Assembly (NCBI GenBank): GCA_964247055.1
Contig: OZ176052.1
Coordinates: forward strand, 8,494,001 to 8,558,000
Origin: Paragordius varius
Lineage: Eukaryota; Animalia; Nematomorpha
Length of the DNA: 64,000 nucleotides
Direction of reading: 5' to 3'
The position numbers and the translations under genes are program-made. Numbering within the stretch: position 1 is the first letter of the stretch; each line of letters starts with the position of its first letter. Of the stretch, positions 13,039 to 25,612 are shown piece by piece. Below the pieces are notes generated by a model. It was given only the letters and a program-made list of their open reading frames with translations, was not told the DNA's origin and did no database searches.

Positions 13039-16000
13039 TCACTGGTATGGTGGAGGGGGTGGTGGCATTTGTTGATTTGGATAAGGTTGTTGATATCCGG
13101 GTTGAGGATAATTTAGTTGATTTTGATGATGAACATCATTGATTCCTCCCATATTAACATTATATGATGCATTATAGGCATTCATGCCTGGGTAATTCAA
13201 GGGAAAATTATTTCCTGCAAAAGATTGTTGATATATGTTTGATTGGGGTGGTGCTTGTGATATAAAATTGTTTGGGTAACCACTATTATAATTCAAATCA
13301 TTTTGATAGCTGGAGGATAATAAATTATTATTTGTGCTGTTTAATATGGAGAGAGGGGGTAATGGTGGTGTCCCGATTGAGGAAGATCCTGGGAATATAC
13401 TGATATTACTATTATTTGGATCAGAAAAATGTGTAATTTTGACGCCATCATCGTGTTTAAGCGTAGGATTACTTAATCCTCCTACGCTAAAAGGTATGGG
13501 TGGTGGTGGTACAATATCGGTCAATGAGGAGTTGTTATTTGACGAGATATTGATTTTTGCAACATTTTGGTTATTTGAGTTAGAAAGAGAATAGGACTGA
13601 GTAAGCTTGCTGGTCGTAACCGTAGAAGTAGTGCAAGAGGTAGTAGATGAAACTTTATTTGCTTGAGCCAAAGCAGCAGCAAGCAAAACTTTCCCATTAA
13701 CATTCTCCAATTGCTTAGCAACAACTGGATCTAATTCAACGTTCACAAGGTTAGCTAGTTGAGCAAGGTTAAGTTTACGCTCCTAAAATATATGGTATAG
13801 TTTGTGTGAACATGTATGAATAGAATGTGATCAAATAACCTTAAAAATAAATTTTTTTTAAAGAGAATGTCTTTTTGCATACATTCCATTATAAAATGTT
13901 GATGTGGCCTCAATTGTTTCACAAGCATCCCATAAAAATTGTAATCTTAATATAACGCAAGAAAAGTCGATTACCTTCAATAATTTAGCAAGAAAAGCAA
14001 GTTGTTGAGCAGGTGTGGAGGCTGAATTCGGTTTTGTTGAGTTTGTCGTAGAATTAGACACACTTGATTGTGTTGATGATACATTCGCAGGCTATAATAA
14101 TAAACATTATAAAATGGGAAAAATAATCATATACGCATTGTATTTTACCTTGTCTTGTTTCGGAGCATTGACATCTAATAAAAATATATATTTTATGAGA
14201 AAGTGGTTGTTAAAAACACATCCACAAAAAAATCATATTAACTTAATCCTTTTCGTGCAAAAAACGCACGAAAAAATTAACAAAAAATGATAATTTTTAT
14301 TTTGTTAACCATTATTAGTTGGCATATAAATGCAAGAACGTTTATATATGGGTTAAAACTTAGCTAATTTCTAATGATGATGATAATATTTAAACAATTC
14401 TTTTTTGACCAATTTTAGGATTTATATCTTTTAAAATAACGTTAACATGTTTTATCTAAAATTTCTTTTGATTAAAGCAGAATGTTATAAGACAGTATTA
14501 ATATCTATTCAACAAATAAGAAATAAAAAAGCGTTGACTTACAGAAAAAGATCTGCATAAAACATAATTATACCTTTATTTATTGTTGCATTCTCTTTAA
14601 TCTTCGAAATACTGGAAAGGGAATTGATTGTATTAGCAGTGGTAGTATTCGAATTGGTGGAAGCCAAAGTTGTTAATGTTGTTCCTTTTTTCATAGCTTT
14701 TCTTCGGGCTTTACTCCACATTTCATGACAATCTTGATGATGTGGTAATCTAAAAAAATATGTTATATGCCTTAAATATATTATGTATATTATAATAAAA
14801 CCTAAAAAAACAATTGGAAGCGGGTTTATTTAGCAATAATCGAACTTAAGTAATGCATACATGGATTGTCTCATACTGAGTAAACTTTTGTCAAATGTGA
14901 AAATGAAAAAAATAGATATGGAATCAAAAAACGCATATCTGTAATATTTATGAAACGAATTGTGTGATTGATGCTACTCAAACTGTTAATATCTTTTTTT
15001 TCAATTCATTATCATTTTTTTTGCGAATAAAATTTACTGTGGTGGCTGCAAATTATGCGTATTAATATTGACTAGCCAGGTGTGATGCAAGGCATCCGAT
15101 GCTGAAATACGTTTATTAGGGTCCATATCTAACATTCGATCCAGCAAATCAACGGCTTGTGATGGTGCGCTAAACAATTAAAAAAATGGGTAATGTAATA
15201 TAATTTATAAAATAACAATTTTATCATAAGAAAGTAATGAAAATCATAAAGAGAAGTAACGTTATTCTGCCCAATAATTCAATCATTTAATTCACAATAA
15301 CAAATATTTAAATCGAGAGAGATAAAAATTATAATAATTTATAGATATTTCTAATGGTTATGATGTTAAAATTATATTTTCCTGATATTTTAAAAACCAT
15401 ACTTCAACAGTAATCGCATGTTCCCTTAAAAACGATAAAAATAAAATAAATATGAATAACTTAATAATATAAAAAATATTACAATGAAAACTCTTCCCGT
15501 AATCGTCTTTTATATGTCTTTTTCAATTTCATGGTTGAAAACAATGGCAAATTAACTACACCAGGCCAAGTGATGGGATTCGGATTGCCACATAATTTTG
15601 CGATTACTTCAAGTTGAGCATACTCTGTACTAGCTTGAAAGAGTGGTCTTTTGCAAAACATTTCCCCCAATATACATCTAAAAACATAATTAAAAAAATA
15701 GTCACTTTAAATAATAAATGACATACTTTTAACAAGATTTAATTATAATAAAAAAGGAAAAAAATAGACACACTAATATTAATCAATTTTTGCAAGAATA
15801 TATCATATTTATTCTCTTGATGAAGTAAATATCAAAATTCCCTAATTACAAAAAAGGACTATCAATAAAAAATTAAAAGATTTTACCCCAGGCTCCATAT
15901 GTCAACCGCTGGTCCATATCTTTCTTCACCCAAAAGTAGTTCTGGCGGTCGATACCACAACGTAATAACTTTATTTGTGTACGGTCTTTCCTTATCATCC

Positions 16001-18612
16001 GCATTAAATAAACGAGCCAAACCGAAATCGGCCAATTTTATTTGCCCTCTATAAAATATAAATTATTGAAGGTAGTTAAATATAAAAATCTACACTACTA
16101 AATTCGTTCCTATAACCATTTAAAAAATATAATTGGTTTTAACAGGTAATGCATATGAAAAAGCGAAATAAGGAACATATAATTCATCAAAAATTAAATC
16201 AACTAATCCAAAATCACCCTCAATAAGAACTAAAATAACCATCAATGTCCAAACCTTTTGCACACCATATCCCCAAAATAATGTAAATTATTTTTCATAT
16301 AATAAAACTTTGTAAAAATTGAAACATTTTACACTATCTACCTGTTATTAAGCAAAATGTTAGATCCTTTAATATCGCGATGCAAAAAATTTCGGGAATG
16401 ACAGTAGGCCAGCCCATCCAACAACTGTTTAATGTAGGATGCAATGTGTTGATGACTGAATGCAACCATACCGCTATCCAAAATGCCCATTAAATCATGG
16501 TCCATATACTCAAACACCAGGTAAAAGGCACCTAATAAATAATATGCAATATATATATATAATGGTTCCCAACCTTTTTTGTTGACGCCCCCAACGAATC
16601 GAGAAAAAAAAACTTACCATCTTTATGCTGTTTGAACTCAAGGGCATCCGCTTTATCCGTTACGATATCTTTCAAATTAATAATGTTTGGGTGTTGGAGT
16701 TGACATAAAATTTTTATTTCGCGAACGGCTGTGATGGGAAAACCTTCCTTTTCGTTTTCAAGACGGACCTTTTTAAGGGCAACGATATCACCTAAAAAAG
16801 TTATCATTAGAAATCAGTAATCAATAAAAAAATAATTTTCAAATAATATATAAATTGAAAATATATACCATCAATTTTATCTTGAGCTTTGTAAACTTGT
16901 CCATACGTGCCTTCCCCAATTTGTGCCATAATATCGTACATATCCAAATATTTCTTACCAAATGTATGTTTATATGCATTTTCTTTATCCAAAATGCTAT
17001 GAAATACAAATTAAATGACAATGTTTTGAAATATAATAAAAAGAGGATTATACATTTTAGGTTAAATGCATAAGTGCGTCAAAACAATAAATAAATTAAA
17101 TTATAATAATGTGCAAAATAGGCATTTATGAATAACTAGGTTGGTTGTTGCACAAATATTTAAAAAACGTGACTAAATATTGTGGTTTCCAGTTCATTCA
17201 AAATTACAAAATAAAACTTCCAGATCGAGGGTTTATGTCAAACGGCTGTAATTACCGTTATTTAAAGCATTTAAAATAAATAGCTAACAAATAATAAACA
17301 TAGGAGCTACTTTTCTCTAAAATACATACTTATAAATATAACAAAAAATAAATATCATATGGGTTATTAAAAATTAGAATTCGTCCAAAACATTTTTCGA
17401 TTAATTTCTTTTTTAATATATTTGAGAATTAATGTGTTTCACCAATAAAAAGAATTAATAGCAAAATATTCAGAACTATATAAATTACTACTAAAATATT
17501 AAAAAGGCGAGTGATATATTCTAAACAGTAAAATAATAACAAATTTTATATAATAGCGTCATTAAATTCCAAATTAATAATTTATCCAAAAAATAATATG
17601 TATTTACCAAATTTTTCCACGTAATATGTTGCGGTCAGCAAGAGGGATGGACGATGATGATGGTAACCTTTTTGCTTCATGAAATGATGAAATGTGCGTA
17701 GTATTAGAGCTCTGATGTAATAAAACTTTTGAATTTGTTTTATGATGATGGTGTTCATAATTATTGTTAGTTTCATCGCTATCAAAGATTGGAGGTAAGG
17801 GTAAAGATGTGATAGATTTTGTGGTCGTTACCGATGTGACAACAGATTCTGTAATAATATTGGGGGATTGGGTTTTTAATTCTTTCGATATAATATTCTT
17901 TAAAGGTGATAGGATAGATTTTTGCTTCTGTGTTGGATTTGAAGATTCTGGGGAAATATTGTTATGTAATTTAACTGTGCCTTCTGACTTTTCATCCACA
18001 TTAATTGATGATACGCTATCAGTTGGCAATTCTATATTAGTAATGTCAGTGTGGTTTATTGGAAGAGGTTCATTATTATTAATTTGTTTAAGTGGTTGGA
18101 TAACTTTTTCAATTTTAGGTTTTGATTTTTGGGATAATTTTTCAAGGGCTTCGCGGTCTTTACGTATTTCAGCAGCTAAATTTTCAGTGTATTGATTCCT
18201 CATGCGCAAAATGGCACTCAAATTGGAATCTTGGTCTTTAGAATGTTTTTTGTGCTTTTTATGCTTGTGGCTCTTTTTCGCTTTTTCATCATGATGCTTA
18301 GAACTTAACGGTTTGGGTGAAGGACTTCTTCGATTCCGATGATTAAACTCATAATCATGTTTATGCTTCTTTTCTTTTGGTTTATGCGTTCTAAAAGTTA
18401 ATCGAAAATATACCTATCCTTTTTTGAAAAATATGGACTTGGTGTTTTATCTCCGTGAATATCATCGTAGTGACGCTTTCTGGAAACACTATATAATAAA
18501 AAATATATAAATTATAAAACGATTTTAAGGTTTAATAGTGAATCACATACCTAGATGATAAACTTTCATCAGAACTTATATCTACATAAAAATTTTTTCG
18601 AGGTTTTGACAT
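13039..18612 (-). CDS. CDK12: cyclin-dependent kinase 12/13 (about 987 aa), 13 exons
   Basis: Exons (minus): 18612-18551, 18488-18414, 18390-17608, 16996-16869, 16791-16618, 16531-16342, 16048-15887, 15677-15483, 15169-15038, 14749-14574, 14174-14149, 14091-13975, 13782-13039; total 2964 nt, all phases consistent. Motifs: [105 protein letters not shown]. Confidence 0.95.
18391..18413 (-). other. candidate 23-nt GT-AG intron (CDK12 intron 2)
   Basis: GTATATTTTCGATTAACTTTTAG joins a 75-nt exon to the next exon in phase 2; retention gives an in-frame TAA. Skipping the 75-nt exon also keeps frame, so the call is less forced than in DPH5. Confidence 0.6.
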
Positions 18613-18937
18613 ACTCGCTTAAATAGGAGTTTAGTTGTATTAATTGTAAATATTAAATTTTTAAATTAATTTTTTAATATTTCTGATGAGTTAAACATTC
18701 AGTAGAATTTTAATAATCAACATTTATATGCATTTTATTTTATTATGTCATTCCTAGAGAATTTTTTTTTAACAATTATCTTTTAATGATCAAAAATTTG
18801 GATATATTATATGACTAAATAATTTTACAAACTTAGGTAATAGTTTATTTCTTATAGAATATACTATTTTAATCTGCAGACTTTTTACTTAATGATATCA
18901 ATTTAGTTTGTAACTAAATGCTTTCATATTTTGGGAT

Positions 18938-19311
18938 ATGAACTTTGTGAATCCGGATATGAAAGCGAAGTTGCCACAGGTTTTACCAAATGTAACATAT
19001 GTAAATGTAGATGATTCCAAAAAGGATATTGATGTAGGGAATCCATTTGATGCTTTAGAGTTAACCTAAATAACCTCTAGATCTAATAAATAATAATTTA
19101 TTTTATAAAAAGATGTCAGAAACATTTTAAAAAATCTAAAAAATATACTAGGTTAGCATCCATAACTTCCCAATTTTGATTGTAGAGGAGATATTTCCAC
19201 TATGCCTTTCATTCAAAAAAAAATCCAGGTATCCAGAAAGGGAATGACAGGCTCGCGAGCCCGAAGCGATCCACAACAAAAAAATATAAACACAAACTAT
19301 TCCTCATTTTA
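18938..19311 (+). CDS. unidentified candidate small gene, divergent from CDK12
   Basis: Two coding-like, less AT-rich patches. Joining ATG 18938 via donor 19060 (GTTAAC) to acceptor 19185 (TTGTAG) gives about 83 aa: MNFVNPDMKAKLPQVLPNVTYVNVDDSKKDIDVGNPFDALE-GDISTMPFIQKKIQVSRKGMTGSRARSDPQQKNINTNYSSF. No family recognised; strand and splicing uncertain. Confidence 0.25.
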
Positions 19312-19565
19312 ATTTAAATTAAAAAATTAAAAAAGCAGTATTCTTATCATTTTAATAAAGAGATGCAAATTAACGTATATTTAAGTTGTATAAAAGTATA
19401 ATTAAAATTGTATTTTATAAAATATATTAACAGTTATAAAAACATATTTTTATACAGTTATGTCATACCACAGTGGTGATACTTAATTGGTACGGGCGGC
19501 GTGCGGCCCCAAAAGTGCTTTTTATAAAATCGAATTAATATTTCTTCAAGTAAAATTACTATTAA

Positions 19566-21315
19566 CACTTGGATACAACACCATTTCAGCCCTTCGATTC
19601 AAATTGTGGTAGTTGGATACCCCAGGCCTGTTTAAAATTACATTCTTTAAAAAATATGAAAGGAATCTAATCCCATGGCGAAATTTTGCACTTATATAAC
19701 ATTTTTAAACCAAAATATATAAAAAAATTTATTCAAATGATATTACTTATTTTAAGCTAAAACCGAAAAGTATAAATTTAGTCAACGTGTCATGTGCAGT
19801 GGCGGATCAAATTCCTATTAATTATTATATTTAAAAATGATATTTACATTACTTGGCATCCTGAATCAAAAGTTTATGCGTTCCTGGTATTTTTATATAT
19901 GATAAACCCACCCGTCCACCCTAACCACCGCCAATTCCTTAATATTAACGATTTTTGAACTTTAAAATAATTAAATAACTTATTAAGAGCATGTATTAAT
20001 CAGAAAATCATGTTTTAAAATTCGTTTTCTCGATTTTGCGTGAAAATTTTCTAATATCTTTTATATATATTAAATCCGCCATCTCCGCTTTAATTTCTAG
20101 TAATAAATTGCTCAATCTTTTATTAGCTATCTTGCTTCTAATATAATTTTTAATTATCTTAAACTTTATATATAAACGTTCGAATGTAGCAACCGTAACT
20201 GGTAGACTCAAAAGCAATAATAAAGCTGTTATTACTTCATCACAACTGGCTGATACTGTTGGGTACTTAATAATTAATAGCTCTGCAAATTACCTGGCAT
20301 TGTTAATTTGAGCGATCACCCTTCGGCAAATTAGAAACTCACACTATTTGAATCAGAAAATATTCACTCAAATCGTTTGGATAATTAATTGTTAATTTTT
20401 TATCTGAATTAATAATATCTATTTCACTCATTTTAGTTAACTTTGAGGGAAGCACAAAAGATATGTCCTCTAGGCTATAAAAGCTGCCGAATCTGTTTTT
20501 TTGAAAAATTACAATATCTAAAATTTTATTGAAAACATTTACTCTAAACTTATCACCTAAATTAGATAATCTATGGCATCTGTCAAAATTTTGTGAATTC
20601 TAATAAAACAATAATACTATAATTATTAACAAAATAATTTAGGACTTAAAATTGAATGGCTTCACTTAATTTTTGGTTTCAACCTATACTCATTTATTTA
20701 TGTTAAAACTATTTTCATTTTTTAAAGTGTTAACTGGAGAGAATTCAAAGGTGTTTATAAATTATCAACTTATAATAAAATCGCTTATTGAAATAGGGAA
20801 AAAATGTATTTTTTCGCTTTTTCTTCCTTTCAATCAATTTTTACTCTTTGCCAGTATACTACAATCAGGCAATTACAAATATATCTGTAAATAAAAAAGG
20901 TGATAAATTTTGTGCCCCCCGCAAAATATAAAGGGGCCCAAATTTTATATAAATAATAAAAAAGACCCCTGTTTTGCCTTGAACACCCCCCGCACTGCTC
21001 TCCTTAGCACCCCGTAGTTTCGCCAGTGGTCATGTGTGCAATGGTAAAATTGAAAAATAATACAAAATAATCCGCTCTTTCTATTTCTATCAATGTTAGA
21101 TGTAATTTAGATAAAAAATAGCTTTTTTTTATTACCCTTAAAATTAAATGAAGACGATATTTTACAAAAATTTTGTGAAATTAAAATAAACGTAGTTTGA
21201 CATGGAACTTTTTTTACTAAACAAAATTTTATTTAGATATTTTGGCATATATATATATATATATATTATATTTTGATGCATAAATTTAAACTGGGACCGT
21301 TTCCTTCAGTACTTT
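19566..21315. mobile_element. TTAA/piggyBac-type MITE (CTTCGATTCAAATTGGGG family), interrupted by a hAT insertion; far end decayed
   Basis: TTAA at 19562-19565, then cacttggatacaac..ccttcgattcaaatt, as at 42287. The interior resumes after 21036 and matches the copies at 34452 and 42287. Confidence 0.7.
19797..21028 (-). mobile_element. non-autonomous hAT (Tip100/Ac-like) element
   Basis: Termini CAGTGGCGGA..TTCGCCAGTG; 8-bp TSD GTCATGTG at 19789-19796 and 21029-21036. Decayed dimerisation domain at 20008-20217 (LLSLPVTVATFER..FKIIKNYIRS...RLSNL). Confidence 0.85.
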
Positions 21316-21439
21316 TCTTGTTTACATATCCCATAGCTCGATTTTGTTAATGAATAACAGTTTTAAAAGTTTATATAATTATGACTTTTATAGTCTAAAA
21401 TTGGGACAGGTCGAAAACAGATTGGAAGAAACAGCAGAA

Positions 21440-21870
21440 ACTACGGAGAGCTAGGGGGAGCAATGCGGGGGGGCCCAAGGCAAAACAGGGGCCCTTTTTT
21501 ATTATTTGTATTAAATTTAGGCTTCATTTCTTTAAAAATTATTACTTTTTTTTATTTACAGATATAAGTAATGATTGCCTGATTGTAAGTATACTGGCAA
21601 AGAACAAAGATAATTTTTATTGATTGAAAGGAAGAAAAGGCGAAAAAATGCATTTTTTTCACTAGCTCAATAAGCGGTTTTTTTATAAGTTGATAATTAA
21701 AAAACACCTTTATCTCCAATTAACACCTTATAAAAGCAAAAATAACTAAAAAATAAATAAATGAGTATAGATAGCTGACATCAAAAATTAAGTGAAGCTT
21801 ATAAATTTTCAAGTCCTTTATTTTTTTATTATATTATATTTTAAAAGAATTCACAAAATTTTGACAGATT
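21440..21870 (+). mobile_element. partial inverted second copy of the 19797-21028 hAT end
   Basis: Reverse complement of about 20580-21020 (ccaaggcaaaacaggggcc vs gacccctgttttgccttg, and flanks). Confidence 0.8.
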
Positions 21871-23536
21871 TAATTTTTTACCTCTTTAAAATAATTACAA
21901 ATAAAATCTCATTTGCAATAATATATTATAGCTTAATAATATATTTTGTTTTTTAATGTGGTGTGAAAGACAGTTTACATATTTTAATATTTATAAGGAA
22001 ATGGGTATTTAATATTATTGAGTTAAAGGAAGAGAGAGCAAAAAATGCATCATTTTCACTATCCATTAAATTTTAGCCATAATGATATTGTTTGTTCCTA
22101 TATTAATTTCTGGCAGTTTCAATAGTGGAAAAAAAGAAGGGAAAAAAGAAAAACATTCATCATAACAATATTCTTTAACAAATCCCAATTTATTTATTTT
22201 GATTATATAATATGCAATTTAATGCAAGCTAACTCACATAAATGTTGGCCAATTCATAATATAGCAAAGTATGATAAATAACAATAATTTTGTAAAAAAT
22301 GTTTTTCAAAGCATACATGGTGAATGAACATTACACATAATGATTGTTATTTCACATACTTTACTGCAAAGTGAATTGGCCAACATATGTTAGCTGGTAT
22401 ACATTAAAGTGCATTATTTTCTAATGTTTTTTAACCTTTGATGCTTGTTATTTTTCAAATATTTTTAGTTCTAAAACATAAATTTTCACCACACACTAAG
22501 GAATCGGCAATTTTTTTAGCGAACCCTGCTCAAAATTTAAAAATCTTGGCGGTCCGCACTGGTTATTTTGGTCCTTGTGAGTGATTTATGAATGCATACT
22601 TTTTGTGGTAACGGCTCCATATCAGAAAATGGCAAAATTTGCGCTTAATGTCATAAAAAAATTTTTGGTGAAGCTAGAGGCTTCATTCCAAAAAATATAA
22701 CTAAAGTACATTATAAACTACATATAAATAGTAAAGCAATTTTATATTGGAGTGTGCTCCGAAAGTCTCAAATTTTTCGACTCGTTTAAAATGGGCAAGT
22801 TTTCTTTAAAAAGGCAAAAAGCCGATATTACGCTATAGATTCTAAATATAATTTTTCAAAAATATTTTTATGATAATGCTTAAACTGATGAATTTAATTT
22901 TTATCATTTCGTTAAAGCTTACTTTATATTATTTTGAAACATGGAACCGATAGAATAATTTCAGATATAAAGACACTTCTTATGTATATAATGGAAGTTG
23001 TTAAACATTTTCCCATACATTTAATCAAATATTCTTTCGTCTTCAAACAATGAATTTTTACAAAAATTTAATATAATTTATGAAAACAAACTTTTAAAAT
23101 TTTGAGGCGTTGGAAGCGTTCAGCATAATTAAATTTATTTAATAATATCCTATAGCATTTTTATACCGTTTCCATTATGCCTTAAAATGGTATGAAGTAC
23201 GCTTCAACAAAATTTTAATAAAAATCAAAAATTTTAAAATAAGTATGCATTTTTTTAAAATATTTTTGTTGATTGCAAATTTTTTATTAAATTATAATTT
23301 TTATTGCAAAATCCTGCATGAGAAAAATAGCGTGATTTGAATAGATAATTTGAACCTGACCCATAGCGAAATTCAATCATATTTCCCTATTTTTTACACC
23401 AGATTTTTGGTATGGAATATCAAATGACATTATTAAATATTCATAAGTTCATTAACAAATAAAAATATTCAACAGATAATTTTAAATTTAGAATAATCTA
23501 TGTACACTATATATATCATATTTAATTATGGATATA

Positions 23537-25612
23537 TCTATATATTTATAAAAATGGAAAATGATGGCTTTGTAATCTGTTTCCGGAAAACCGGTAGACC
23601 CATTCAAATTCAAAGGTCAACTTAATCATTGATAAATGCCTCGACAATAGCTTCGCCCTTTTGGAATCAGGCCCCCAGTTCAGGCCCCTTCCGTGTAAAA
23701 ATCGGGTTCATTTGAAAACAGAAGTCCACAAAAATCGTGTCTTTGAGAAAATTTTCCGGAAAACATGTTGGACTATTCGATTTCAAATATGAGTTTTTTT
23801 ACTTATTTTCAATTGCGAACACGCTTTAATTTAGGCCCTCTTTTTATCCGTTCCCCCAGTAAAATGCCATTTTTTCAAAAAATATATTTTTGAATCTATT
23901 TTTCCTCCAAAATATTCCCTGTTAAAAGGCAAAAATTTTAGTCGTGGTTTTTTTTATTGCGCTGGGTAAGGAGATACCCGCTAAAAACTGCCCCGTCATA
24001 TCGATACAGCGTGATTTTGGAGGTAAATTTTAGAAAACCTATCCGGCCATATGAGTTCAATAGCTACTTAAAATACTACCCATGACCAGACAAACATTTA
24101 GGTGGTGCGGTTTTATAAAATTATCCGTTAATTAGGCCCTTCACGCCTTGAAAAATGCGCCACCATAGAATGGTTTATCAGTTTTGAGGCAATTTTTCCA
24201 AAAACTAATGAGAGAATATGGAATCAATCGTGATTCCAGATTTTTTGTAAAAAGGCAAAAAAAATTTTTTGTATCAGCATCTGGGTAGGGAGCTACCCGC
24301 CAAAAACTGCGCCACCATATCGAAATTGCTTAGTTAAGCGTTAATTTTCAGAAAATTTATCAGGCCATATAAGTCTAATAAAAGCCTGAAATATTACCCG
24401 TAAAAAGGCGAAAATTTAAGTAGAGCGGTTTTATTAAATTACCCCTTAATTAAGTGCCCTTGCCCTGAAAAATGCGCCACCATAGAAGGACTTTTTGGTT
24501 TTGAGGGAATTTTTTGCCACGAGGGCACATGGAATCAATTATGATTCCAGGTAATACCCGAATTAAGTCAAAAAATTTAATCGAGGGTTTTTTGTTTCGC
24601 TCCTGGTTAAAGGGCTACCTGCGTAAAACTGCGTCACCATATCGATTCAGCATGCTTTTGGAGCCAAATTTCTGAAAACTATGAGATTATGTGAGTTCAA
24701 TAAGGGCCTAAAATATTTATAACCCCTTAAAAAAATATTTTATTATAGTGGGTTATTATAATGAGTCGCTAAGTAAAGTTTTACGCCCAGAAAAATGCGT
24801 CACCATAGAACAATTTTTTAGTTTTGCAGCAATATTTCCAAGAACTTATAGGAAATATGAACCATGATAATTCCAGATATTTACCATATAAAGGCAATTT
24901 TTTATATCTGCCTCTGGGTAAGGAGCTACCCGCCAAAAACTGCGCCACTATATAGAAATTGCGTTTTCGGAGCTAATTTAACAAAATTTATGAAGCCATA
25001 TGACGTCATTAAAAGCTTGAAATATTACCCGTAACTAGGTAAAAATGAAGGTCAAACCTTTTTTATTAGCCGTTAATTTGTTGCCTTTATGCCCTAAAAA
25101 TACGCCAACATATAACGATTTTTTGTTGAGGTATTTTATCAGATAACCCATGAGACGATGGTCTCAAATATATGCCCTTTAAAGGTAAAGAATTTAACTC
25201 AGCGCTTTTTTCATATAGTATGGGTAGGGGTCTACCGGTTTAAAACTGAGACGCCCTACAAAAATAGCGTGGTTTTGGAGCTAATTTTCAAAAACTTGAA
25301 GCCATACGAGTTCAATAAAGTCTTTAAATAAACCCATAAAAAGGTAAAATTATAGTAAGCCGGTTATTTCGTTAGCCGTCAATTTGGGGCCTTCACACCA
25401 ATAAAGAATATATTAGTATGAATGCACAGTTAATTTTATGAAGCACCGTTTTGAAAATTCCATGAGATCATAACTATTAAATAATGTTACGAAATAATCC
25501 ACATATATGGATCACAATTTTGTTGATCCCTTTTTTCAAATAGCTTCCCCCAAGAAGTCTGAAGGACTTCTTCGTGCAGCGTACAGCCCAAGATTTACGC
25601 TTATATTATTAG
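23537..25612 (+). mobile_element. non-autonomous Helitron with internal tandem array
   Basis: 5' end A|TCTATATATTTATAAAAATGG at 23537. The 3' end has a gaagtc-tgaag-gacttc hairpin and a decayed terminal hairpin/CTAG; the intact version of this end is at 40015-40066 on the minus strand. Confidence 0.75.
23850..25420. repeat. diverged tandem array, ~306-322-bp unit built from two ~150-170-bp subunits
   Basis: Anchor (c)tgggtaRggRgctaccc at 23962, 24281, 24603, 24914, 25220. The related motif aaaa(a/c)tgcgccaccata recurs at about half-period (23983/24151, 24302/24468, 24624/24791, 24934/25096). Confidence 0.9.

Noticed and set aside
13334-18195. Plus-strand ORFs 13334-13594, 14015-14290, 16855-17073, 17764-18195
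   Set aside because: Antisense shadows of CDK12 exons or AT-rich intron noise.
19215-19285. GC-rich stretch starting ATCGCTTC (minus) as U2/U4/U6 snRNA or a SECIS element
   Set aside because: Similarity stops after 8 nt; no U2 branch-pairing sequence, Sm site or U6 ACAGAGA box; the stem is too short for a SECIS and no Sec codon context was found.
23850-25420. Regularly spaced repeats as a CRISPR array
   Set aside because: Units are ~310 bp, diverged throughout with no unique spacers, and lie inside a eukaryotic Helitron with no cas genes.
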